From: Myxococcota bacterium
Lineage (GTDB): Bacteria; Myxococcota_A; UBA9160; UBA4427
Assembly (NCBI GenBank): GCA_036336835.1
Contig: JAYZFK010000069.1
Coordinates: forward strand, 1 to 24,895
Reading direction: 5' to 3'
DNA: 24,895 bases
Shown here: piece after piece, positions 1 through 8,024 of the stretch
How positions within the stretch are numbered: position 1 is the stretch's first letter
How the letters are laid out: each line of letters begins with the position of its first letter
Notes under the pieces: generated by a model
The model's input: the letters and a program-made list of their open reading frames with translations, nothing else
Databases searched by the model: none
What the model was told of the DNA's origin: nothing
Program-made: the position numbers and the translations under genes

Positions 1-209
1 GGGTCGATGCGCAGCAGGCCGGCGGTCCGGTAGAAGGAGCTGTCCTCCTCGGTCTCGCCGGGCTCGAGCGGGAGAAGGGTCTCGCGCTCGATCTGGCGAA
101 TTCGCTTGCGGAAGGCGTCGGCACGGTCCACCGAGAACACGTTCTCGAGAATCGTGAAGCCCTCATCCGCGATGGCTGCGAGGTGGGTCTGGAGCGCTGA
201 GTCCGGCAT
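1..209 (-). CDS. Phytanoyl-CoA dioxygenase (PhyH)-like Fe(II)/2-oxoglutarate dioxygenase, 5' part only (runs off window)
   Basis: Not in ORF track. Manual translation from ATG at 209: MPDSALQTHLAAIADEGFTILENVFSVDRADAFRKRIRQIERETLLPLEPGETEEDSSFYRTAGLLRID..., open to the window edge, with GAGG upstream. 'DEGFTILENVFS' resembles the PhyH N-terminal motif (GY/FxxlxxVf). The catalytic HxD is not in the window. Confidence 0.7.
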   Translation of the reverse strand, partial: MPDSALQTHLAAIADEGFTILENVFSVDRADAFRKRIRQIERETLLPLEPGETEEDSSFYRTAGLLRID

Positions 210-409
210 GGGTGCCTCGGGAAGCTTCGTCGACGGTAGCCGATCGCGGGGACGGACTCGATCGGCTCGCCGCTCGCCGCCCGACGCGCTCGGCAGGGGC
301 GAGGCCGACCTCGCGAGCTGACCCCGATCGAGCGGCGCCGGCCGGCGGGCGGGAGAGAGTGAGGGCGGGAGGGAGGGAGACGGGTGCGTAGAGTAGACTC
401 GACGCCGCA

Positions 410-1261
410 ATGCGCGACCTGGAGGGCGGGCTGGCGGTGATCACGGGTGGCGCGAGCGGCATCGGCCGCGCGCTCGCCGATGTGTTCGCGCAGGCGGGCA
501 TGCGGCTGCTGATCGCCGACATCGAACCCGCCGCGCTGGATTCTGCGGTCGCTGCGTTGCGCGGCTCCGGAGTCGATGCCCACGGGCAGGTTACCGATGT
601 CGCCTCGCCGGGCGCGGTCGAGGCCCTGGCCGCTGCGGCCGGCGAAGTCGACGTCTTGTGCGCCAACGCCGGTGTCATGCAGCCGGTGGGACCGATCTGG
701 GAGCGTCCACTGGCGGACTACGAGTGGGTGCTGGGCGTCAACACCTGGGGCGTCGTGCACTGTGTGCGCAGCTTCGTACCGCGCATGCTCGAGCGCCGCC
801 GTCCCGCGCACATCGTGATCACCGCGTCGATGTCCGGCCTGACGGTGGTTCCGGGCAACGGCCCCTACCAGATGTCGAAGCACGCCAGCCTGGCGTTGGC
901 GGAGACGCTCTTCCACGAGCTGGCCGATACACCGATCGGTGTGTCCGTGCTGTGTCCCGGCTTCGTGCCCACGCGCATCGCGGAGGCGGAGCGCAACCGT
1001 CCGGCAGGCCTGCGCGCAGACGGCGCACCCGCGGCGCGTCCGATGAGCGGGGGCTGGAGTGGTGCGACCGAGGCTTTGCAGGCGACTGCCGTCGAGCCCT
1101 CCGAGATTGCCGCGCGCGTGCTGGAGGCGGTGCGCGAGGAACGCTTCTGGATCCTCACACACCGAAACGCCAGGCAGCGGGTGGCTGCGCGTCTCGAGCG
1201 CATCCTGGATGGAACGGACCCGCGTATCGATCACGGTCTGGGGGCAGAAGAAGACGAGTGA
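410..1261 (+). CDS. Short-chain dehydrogenase/reductase (classical SDR)
   Basis: TGGASGIG nucleotide-binding motif, NAG motif, catalytic Ser (TASMSG) and YxxxK (YQMSK); 283 aa. Confidence 0.95.
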   Translation: MRDLEGGLAVITGGASGIGRALADVFAQAGMRLLIADIEPAALDSAVAALRGSGVDAHGQVTDVASPGAVEALAAAAGEVDVLCANAGVMQPVGPIWERPLADYEWVLGVNTWGVVHCVRSFVPRMLERRRPAHIVITASMSGLTVVPGNGPYQMSKHASLALAETLFHELADTPIGVSVLCPGFVPTRIAEAERNRPAGLRADGAPAARPMSGGWSGATEALQATAVEPSEIAARVLEAVREERFWILTHRNARQRVAARLERILDGTDPRIDHGLGAEEDE

Positions 1262-1262
1262 G

Positions 1263-1301
1263 ATTCCCCGAGCCGGGGGCTCTGGCGCGCGAGCGGGGAA
1301 T
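1263..1301. terminator. Possible bidirectional terminator hairpin between convergent genes
   Basis: ATTCCCCG (1263-1270) and CGGGGAAT (1294-1301) form a perfect 8-bp inverted repeat with an internal AGCC/GGCT stem. No U-tract. Confidence 0.3.
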
Positions 1302-1343
1302 GTCGATCGGAACAGGCCGGGGGTTGTCCGTCCGGGCCCAGCC

Positions 1344-1955
1344 TCAGGCGGTCTTCTTCAGATGGAGCCTCACCAGCTCGAAGCGGTCGTTGCCCCAGAA
1401 CATCTCGTCGCCGACGAACAGCGTCGGCACGCCGAACACGCCCCGCTCGATCGCTTCGCGGGTGTCGCGCTCGAGGCGGGCGACGAGCTCGTCCGACTCG
1501 GCGCGCGACAGCGCGGCTGCGCCGTCCAGGCCCGCCTGCGAGAGGAACTGTTCCACGACTTCAGGCTCCGACAGATCGCGCGGCTCTGCCCAGCGCGCCC
1601 GGTACATCGGATGGTGATACTCGGCGAATCGCCCCTCGTCCTTGGCGACGAGTGCTCCACGGAGCGCAAGGCTCGTGTCGGAGCGCATGAAGCTCGCCGC
1701 ATCGGGGGACATCTTCGCGTCACACAGCTCCGCCCAGTGCCGGACACTGTTCTGGTAGTCGGCGTTCTTGCGCGGACCCAGCTTGGGGCGCGGTGGGCGC
1801 GTCTCCGCACCGTCCGGCAGCTCGATCAGATCGCGGAGCTTCACGGGGCGGAAGTCGATCTCGACGTTCAGGTCCTCGAAGTAGGCATCGACTCGGCAAC
1901 TGCCGAAGTAGGCCCAGGGTCAGGCGTAGTCGAAGTAGAAGGGGATCTCTCGCAT
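1344..1955 (-). CDS. DsbA-family / 2-hydroxychromene-2-carboxylate isomerase (GST-kappa-like) protein, probable selenoprotein (UGA at codon 12)
   Basis: ATG at 1955 with GGGAGA RBS upstream. Reads MREIPFYFDYA*PWAYFGSCRVDAYFEDLNVEIDFRPVKLRDL... and continues in frame into the 1344..1844 ORF. The C-terminus has the family motif GVFGVPTLFVGDEMFWGNDR. In-frame TGA at 1920-1922; 203 aa if read through. Confidence 0.9.
1891..1909 (-). promoter_or_regulatory. Putative bacterial SECIS element
   Basis: mRNA reads UGA-CCCUGGGCCU-AC(U)UCGGC-AGUU-GCCGA-GU: a 7-bp stem with a bulged U and a 4-nt apical loop with G at position 2 followed by U. The loop starts after an 18-nt spacer from the UGA. Confidence 0.75.
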
Positions 1956-2182
1956 CGCATTCTCCCAATCGCCGCCGGCTGGCGGCGTGGACCGGCTTGC
2001 GGACCGTGGGAGTCTAGCGGGGATCGCGCAGACTTCGGCGGGCCCGGCGTGGCGCAGCGCGGTTTTCAGCGCTGCCCGGTCATGCGAGGCGTTCTCTTCG
2101 CCACAGGTGCCCCGAGCGGGCTACACACGAGGCGGGGCCGGGGGGTTCGCAGGAGGCGAATCGCGACGCAGGAGGCGCCCGA

Positions 2183-5100
2183 ATGACCGCGCGCTCGACG
2201 CCTCTGCTCGTCCTGCTCGTGCTCTCTGCGGCTCTTGCTGCGCGCGGGACGCCGCCCGTGGCGCTGCCGCCCGGTGCCTGGCCGGTGGTAGAGGGACGCA
2301 CGCTGGGCAACTACGAGCTCCACGTCGATTTCATGTTGCCGCCAGGCGGACGCGGGTCGGTCGATCTGGGCGGCGGCGCCGTGCTGCTGCTCTCGGACTC
2401 CGGGGGGCGAGGGCTCGACGCAACCTCGAGCGGCGCAATCGAGGGCGAGCGCCCGCCCGCGGTCGATGCCGCCGGCGTGCCCGGTGCCTGGCAGGTACTG
2501 GAGGCTTCCTATACGAGGTACCCGGGCAAGCCGGCCGTCGTCTCGGCCTGGCTCAACGGACGGCTCGTGCAGCAACGGGTGCGCCTGGCCCGCGCGCCCG
2601 ACGCGGTGGCGGCGCAACCCGTGGGCGAGCCGTGGTTCGTGGCCGATGCGGCGACCAGCTCTGCCCTCGACCTCGACGAGGGCTTCACCGCCGTTGCGCG
2701 GTTCGCCTTCAAGAGAGGGGGCACGCTGTTCGCCAAGAGCCCGTCGGCCGGGCGCTGGGTGCCGGGCGGCAAGGCGTTGTTCGCGCGAGCGGGGCACCTG
2801 GTCTATGCGGTCGGCGGGGTCGGCGAAGCGACCTCGCGACAGCGTTTCAGCGACGGCCGGTGGCACACTGTGGCGCTCAGCTCGGACGCCGGCGGGCGCG
2901 TCGTGATGGCGGTCGACGGAGAAGTGGTCGCACGCGAGACACTCCGCTCCGAGGACGTCGATGGCCATCGGCTCAAGGTCGGACAGGCCGCGAGCGATTT
3001 CAGCGGGCGCTTCGGCGGCGAGATCGATTTCGTGCGCGTCTACCGCGGTGCGGCTGATGCAGTAGCGCTCAGCCGCGGTGTCGACGCCGCCTCGGGTGAG
3101 CCCGCCTGGTCGTGGCAGAGCAGGCAGACCGGAGAGCCGCTGTTTCCGCTCGCCGACGGCGTGGCGCGCGAATCGGTCCGTTTCTCGGGCGAAGGCGTCC
3201 GCTTCGCAAACGCCTGGGCCCGGCCGCTGGCGAGTGTCGATCACGTCGCGATGATCGAGGGCCTCGACGAGCTCGCGTTGCGGCGCGGCGAGCGCCTCTA
3301 CCAGAGCCTGTGCGTCGACTGCCACGGCGCCGATGGCCGTGAGCCCACGCTCTCGGTGGCGCGGGCATTTGGCTCGGGGCCCTTCCTGTTCGGGTCCGAC
3401 CCGGTGTCGCTGTTCGACACGCTCACCGAGGGTCGCGGCTCGATGGGACCCCAGACCTGGATGACGGAGCAGGAGCGCTACGACGTCGTCCACTACATCC
3501 GCGAGACCTACGTGAAGCCGATGTATCCGGGCTATCAGCCGGCCGATGCCGCGTACCTGGCAGCGTTGCCACGCCCGGTCGCCGAACAGACCGTTGCCGC
3601 CAACGAGGCCGCGAAGGCGCGCGCCTTCGGCCTCGCACTGGGGTCGCAGATCGAAGATCGCGCGGTCAGTGCACTGACCGTCGCGCTCGGCGGCGGCGCA
3701 ACCATCAGCTACGACCTCCACACGATGGACCAGGTCGGCGTGTGGAGCGGGGGATTCCTGGACTTGCGCGCCACGCAGCACCACCGCCTGCGCGGAGAAG
3801 GCCAGCCGCGGCCCGCCGGCAAGCTGCTCGCGGGCCTGGACGGCTGGCGCTGGGGCCACGGTGGCAAGCTCGACTATGCGGCCGATCGCAAGCCGGCGCG
3901 CGGGCCACTGCCCGCCGACATGCTCGAGTACCGCGGCTACCACCTGCACGGCGACCGCCTGGCGCTCGAATACCGGATCGACGGGCGCCGGATCCTCGAG
4001 CGGCCCGAGAAGCAGCGGGGCCTCGACGCAATCGTTCACACGCTCCGGATTGGCCCGGGTCCGGCGCTAGTCCTCGCCGTGGCCAGGCCCGAGGTGCCCG
4101 GACCGATCGCGGGTGTGGTGCCCCTGGGCCAATCGAAGACCGCCGCCCCGTCGGGGCAGGTCGCCGGGGTGTTCGCGATCAGTGGCTCGGCCGACGGCGA
4201 CACAATCGGCCAGTTCAGCGCCGCCGCCGCGCTGGGCGACGTCTCCGGGCTGACCTGGTCCGTTGACCCCGACCACGGCCTGGTGCTTCACATTCCGGCG
4301 ACTCGCGACGCTCGCGTGGTGCAGGTCTTGCGCTACAGCGGCCGAGGCCCCCGAGCCCTCCAATCCTTCGATGGTCTGGTGCGCCACACGATTGCTCGGG
4401 GTGCGCCCGAAGACCCCGAGGCGCTGCTCTCCGGCGGTCCCGCGCGCTGGGCGCAGCGGCTCGAGACCGAGGGCGTGTTGGGTCGGGACGACCGGCCCTA
4501 CACCCTCGATACGCTCGTGCTGCCCGAGTCCAACCCGTGGGGCGCGTGGTTGCGCACGTCGGCGCTGGATTTCTTCGCCGATGGGCGCCTGGTGGTCACC
4601 ACGTACGGCGGTGACGTCTGGCTGGTCTCGGGCGTCGACGACGAGCTGGAGAGCCTGCGTTGGAAGCGCTTCGCGGCGGGCCTCTACGAGCCGATGGGCG
4701 TGAAGGTCATCGACAACCAGGTCTACGTTACCTGCAAGGACCGGATCGTCCGCCTGCACGACCGCAACGGCGACGACGAGGCCGACTTCTACGAGAGCTT
4801 CAGTGCCGACACGGACGTGTCGAGCTTCTTCCACGCGTACAATTTCGACCTGCAAGCCGACACGGCCGGCAACCTGTACTACGCCAAGGCCGGCGAGCTC
4901 ACGGACTACGCGCAGCCGGGCGCCGTGATCAAGCTCACGCCAGACGGTGCACAGCGCGCGGTCTACTGCACCGGCTTTCGCATGCCCAACGGCCTGGGCA
5001 TGCTGCCGGGTGATCGGCTTACCGTCAGCGACAACCAGGGCCACTGGATCCCGGCGTCGAAGGTCAGCCTGTGCACTGCCGGCGGCTTCTACGGCTATGT

Positions 5101-5878
5101 GCAGACGCTTATGTCGCGCGGCCACTGGGCGCCCGACGGCGGCCGTATCGATCCGAAGAAGGTCGCGCTGCCGGATTCGTTCGATCCACCGATCATCTGG
5201 ATGCCCCAGGAGTTCGACAATTCCTCCGGCGGGCAGCTCTACGTCGACGACGAGCGGTGGGGGCCGCTCTCCGGCAGGTTGCTGCACACGAGCTTCGGCC
5301 AAGGCCGGCTCTACTATTTGATGATCCAGGACCTTGGCGAGGTGGCTCAGGCGGCGATCGTGGCATTGGCGCTGGACTTCGACAGCGGGATCCATCGCGC
5401 GCGAGTGAACCCGGCCGATGGGCAGGTCTACGCCACGGGTCTGAGCGGCTGGAACGCCACCGGCCGCAAGGGCCTGGCAGAGGGCGGCATCCAGCGTGTG
5501 CGCTACACGGGCAAGCCGGGTCGCTTCCTGACCGATTTTGCGGTGCGCCCTAGTGGGATCGCCCTGCGCTTCGACTTCGAGCTGGAGGAGACGGTCGCAG
5601 CCGACCCGAGCCGATACGATCTGCAGCAGTGGAACTATCGCTGGACGGCCGGCTACGGCTCTGCGCAGTGGTCGGTGGTGGATCCGACGCGCGAGGGCAG
5701 CGACCCGGTCGTGATCGATTCCGTGCAGGTGGATCCGGACGGCCGGGGCGTGTTCCTCTCGATCCCCGGGCTGGGGCCGGTCCACCAGATCCGGATGAAG
5801 CTCGACCTCGAGAGTGCCGCGGGCGAGGCGTTCGCGGAGCAGGCCTATCTCACGATCAACCGGGTGCCGGACCGCTGA
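2183..5878 (+). CDS. Large secreted multidomain heme c protein: degenerate DUF1080-like domain, LamG/concanavalin-like domain, cytochrome c, DUF6797-like region, glucose/sorbosone-dehydrogenase-like beta-propeller
   Basis: N-terminal signal peptide. LamG-like segment (FSDGRWHTVAL..VDG..FGGEIDFVRVY). CxxCH (CVDCH, 3311-3325) with candidate distal Met (GSMGPQ). Propeller motifs (GDVWLVSG, FAAGLYEPMG, DRNGDDEADFYE, TGFRMPNG, DNQGHWIP). AGGAGG RBS. Domain names are assigned from recalled family motifs. Confidence 0.8.
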   Translation: MTARSTPLLVLLVLSAALAARGTPPVALPPGAWPVVEGRTLGNYELHVDFMLPPGGRGSVDLGGGAVLLLSDSGGRGLDATSSGAIEGERPPAVDAAGVPGAWQVLEASYTRYPGKPAVVSAWLNGRLVQQRVRLARAPDAVAAQPVGEPWFVADAATSSALDLDEGFTAVARFAFKRGGTLFAKSPSAGRWVPGGKALFARAGHLVYAVGGVGEATSRQRFSDGRWHTVALSSDAGGRVVMAVDGEVVARETLRSEDVDGHRLKVGQAASDFSGRFGGEIDFVRVYRGAADAVALSRGVDAASGEPAWSWQSRQTGEPLFPLADGVARESVRFSGEGVRFANAWARPLASVDHVAMIEGLDELALRRGERLYQSLCVDCHGADGREPTLSVARAFGSGPFLFGSDPVSLFDTLTEGRGSMGPQTWMTEQERYDVVHYIRETYVKPMYPGYQPADAAYLAALPRPVAEQTVAANEAAKARAFGLALGSQIEDRAVSALTVALGGGATISYDLHTMDQVGVWSGGFLDLRATQHHRLRGEGQPRPAGKLLAGLDGWRWGHGGKLDYAADRKPARGPLPADMLEYRGYHLHGDRLALEYRIDGRRILERPEKQRGLDAIVHTLRIGPGPALVLAVARPEVPGPIAGVVPLGQSKTAAPSGQVAGVFAISGSADGDTIGQFSAAAALGDVSGLTWSVDPDHGLVLHIPATRDARVVQVLRYSGRGPRALQSFDGLVRHTIARGAPEDPEALLSGGPARWAQRLETEGVLGRDDRPYTLDTLVLPESNPWGAWLRTSALDFFADGRLVVTTYGGDVWLVSGVDDELESLRWKRFAAGLYEPMGVKVIDNQVYVTCKDRIVRLHDRNGDDEADFYESFSADTDVSSFFHAYNFDLQADTAGNLYYAKAGELTDYAQPGAVIKLTPDGAQRAVYCTGFRMPNGLGMLPGDRLTVSDNQGHWIPASKVSLCTAGGFYGYVQTLMSRGHWAPDGGRIDPKKVALPDSFDPPIIWMPQEFDNSSGGQLYVDDERWGPLSGRLLHTSFGQGRLYYLMIQDLGEVAQAAIVALALDFDSGIHRARVNPADGQVYATGLSGWNATGRKGLAEGGIQRVRYTGKPGRFLTDFAVRPSGIALRFDFELEETVAADPSRYDLQQWNYRWTAGYGSAQWSVVDPTREGSDPVVIDSVQVDPDGRGVFLSIPGLGPVHQIRMKLDLESAAGEAFAEQAYLTINRVPDR

Positions 5879-5893
5879 GCCTCGAGCTCGGAT

Positions 5894-6523
5894 TCAGTCG
5901 GGTAGCCGGCGGACGCGGATGTTCTTGAAATAGACGACGCTCCTCGGGTCGTGGGCCTGCAGGGCGAAGGTCCCCTGATCGATGACGCTCGTAAAGCGCG
6001 GGCCCGGTCGCTTGCCCTCGGGCTCGGTGTAGTCGACGGTCGTCTTGCCGTTGACCCGGATCACGATGCGCTTGCCCTCGACGCGGATCGTGTAGCGGAA
6101 CCATTCGTCGTCGGGCACCGGGCTCTTCTCGACGTCGACGACGTGGTAGAGGCTGCCCGTCTTGACCGGGTCGCGGTGGCTGCCGTTGACCTGGGCCTCG
6201 AAGCCGTGCCGGGGCCAGCCGCGTTCCTGGTAGCGCGTGTGGAAGTAGACACCGCTGTTGCTGCCGGGCCCGGCCTTGACCTCGAGCGCTAGCTCGAAGC
6301 TCTCGAAGGCCTCGCCGTCGCCGACGTAGAACAGGTGACTGCGCGGCTTGCCGCGGGCGACAATTGCGCCATCGACGACCTCGAAGCTGTCAGTCGCCTC
6401 GCTGGCTTTCCAGCCGCTCAACGTCTGGCCGTCGAAGAGCGACACCCAGCCCTCTCCGGCGTGGGCAGCGCTCGCGGTCGCGATCCCCAGTGCCAGTACC
6501 AGCTGCATCCGACCAGGGTTCAT
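5894..6523 (-). CDS. DUF1080 / 3-keto-disaccharide hydrolase family protein, secreted
   Basis: Signal peptide (ASAAHA), then WVSLFDGQTLSGW, NSGVYF, FEAQV, KTGSLY and GTFALQAHDP..VYFKNIRVR, all typical DUF1080 motifs. Confidence 0.92.
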   Translation of the reverse strand: MNPGRMQLVLALGIATASAAHAGEGWVSLFDGQTLSGWKASEATDSFEVVDGAIVARGKPRSHLFYVGDGEAFESFELALEVKAGPGSNSGVYFHTRYQERGWPRHGFEAQVNGSHRDPVKTGSLYHVVDVEKSPVPDDEWFRYTIRVEGKRIVIRVNGKTTVDYTEPEGKRPGPRFTSVIDQGTFALQAHDPRSVVYFKNIRVRRLPD

Positions 6524-6594
6524 CTCGCCATGCTCCAGTTGCTGCCGAGGGTAGAATACAGGGAGCGGCTTCTGGCGCGGATGAGGACCTGCAA

Positions 6595-8013
6595 TTGAAG
6601 TGCAGAGGATCGCTCCATCTCAGTGTGTGTCTGGCTCTGCTGCTCGGATGTCACGGAACCGAGCGAGACGCCGACCCCGCGATCGCGCCAAATATCATCT
6701 TCCTGCTGACGGACGACCAGCGCTGGGACATGCTCGGCGCCGCCGGCAACGAGACCCTGCAGACTCCGAATCTCGACAGCCTGGCGGAGCGAGGGGTGCT
6801 CTTCGAGAATGCCTACGCGACGACCTCGATCTGCTCAGTGAGCCGGGCGAGCATCTTGAGCGGCCAGTACGGACGGCGGCACCAGATCTGGGGTCTCCTG
6901 CAGGCTTTTTCGGCGGAGGCGTTCTCGCAGACCTACCCGATGCTGCTGAAGGCGGCGGGCTACTACACGGGCTACATCGGGAAGTACGGCGTTGGTTCGA
7001 CCGAGTTGCCCGCCCGGAAGTTCGACTACTGGGGAGGGTTCGAACGTCAGGGCAGCTACTTCCAGCGAGACGAGCCGGGAGCCCGGGTCCACCTGACCGC
7101 AAAGATCGGACGCCAGGCGCTCGAGTTCCTGCGAAGCCGCGACGAGCGCAAGCCGTTCTTGTTGTCGATTGGCTTCAAGGCTCCTCATGTCGACGATCGC
7201 GCTCCTCCGGTACCCGAGAAGATGTTTGCCTCCGATCCCAGGTACGCCGACGAGTACGAGGACGTCGTCTGGGACCGACCGGCCGCTGCCGCCGAGCGAT
7301 ACTTCGATCACTTTCCCCCGGCCTTCACCCGGCGCAATGAGGCGCGGATTCGCTGGCGGCAGCGTTTTTCCACTCCCGAACGCTATGACGCAAGCCTCGA
7401 GGGCTACTACCGCCTGGTGCACGGGGTGGACGTGGTCGTGGGTGAGTTGTTACACGAGCTCGAGCGACAGGGCATTGCCGACGACACTGTGATCTTGTTC
7501 AGCAGCGACAACGGCTTCTACCTCGGCGAGTACGGCTTCGCTGGCAAATGGTACGGGAGCGAGCCCTCGGTACGGGTGCCGTTGGTCCTCTTCGACCCGC
7601 GAGACGGCGGGCCGCGAGGAATGCGCGTCTCCGAGATCGCGCTCAACATCGATATCGCTCCGACCATCCTCTCGATTGCTGGAGTTGCGCGGCCGGCAGC
7701 GATGCAGGGAGAGGATTTGACACGACTCGTTTCTGGAGAAGCGGAGTCCTGGCGTACGGATTTCTTCTATGAGAATCTCTGGCCTCCGACCGCGCGGCCT
7801 CACATCCCAAGTACGGAAGGCGTCATCGGAGAGCGGTACAAGTACATGCGGTACTTCTCGCTTCGCAAGCCCGGCGAGATCATCTTCGAGGAAATGTACG
7901 ATTTGAACCACGACCCGGACGAGCTTTCGAATCTGATCGACGACCGGGATTCGCAGGAGACGAGAACGCGGCTGGCGAAGGCGGTGCAGGCATTTTCAGG
8001 AGAACTCGAGTAG
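6595..8013 (+). CDS. Formylglycine-dependent (S1) sulfatase, probable lipoprotein
   Basis: PNIIFLLTDDQR, CSVSRASILSG (C-x-x-x-R), GYYTGYIGKY, KAPH, SDNG, GKW. Start moved from the ORF-track 6364 to TTG 6595 (GAGGA upstream), which gives MKCRGSLHLSVCLALLLGC with a lipobox-like LLGC and removes the overlap with the divergent gene. Confidence 0.93.
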   Translation: MKCRGSLHLSVCLALLLGCHGTERDADPAIAPNIIFLLTDDQRWDMLGAAGNETLQTPNLDSLAERGVLFENAYATTSICSVSRASILSGQYGRRHQIWGLLQAFSAEAFSQTYPMLLKAAGYYTGYIGKYGVGSTELPARKFDYWGGFERQGSYFQRDEPGARVHLTAKIGRQALEFLRSRDERKPFLLSIGFKAPHVDDRAPPVPEKMFASDPRYADEYEDVVWDRPAAAAERYFDHFPPAFTRRNEARIRWRQRFSTPERYDASLEGYYRLVHGVDVVVGELLHELERQGIADDTVILFSSDNGFYLGEYGFAGKWYGSEPSVRVPLVLFDPRDGGPRGMRVSEIALNIDIAPTILSIAGVARPAAMQGEDLTRLVSGEAESWRTDFFYENLWPPTARPHIPSTEGVIGERYKYMRYFSLRKPGEIIFEEMYDLNHDPDELSNLIDDRDSQETRTRLAKAVQAFSGELE

Positions 8014-8024
8014 GGCGCCGCGCG

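Noticed and set aside
1344..1844. ORF-track 166-aa version of the DsbA-like gene, or a pseudogene call
   Set aside because: It lacks the N-terminal beta strand and active site, which lie in frame upstream. The single TGA falls on the catalytic residue and is followed by a SECIS-like hairpin, so recoding is the better explanation. A nonsense mutation is not formally excluded.
2054..2075. GCAGCGC/GCGCTGC 7-bp hairpin in the divergent intergenic region
   Set aside because: Short GC-rich stem expected by chance, with no U-tract or second copy seen.
2066..5785. Long antisense ORFs (657 aa and 572 aa)
   Set aside because: Shadow ORFs opposite a well-supported gene, expected in high-GC DNA, with no family motifs.
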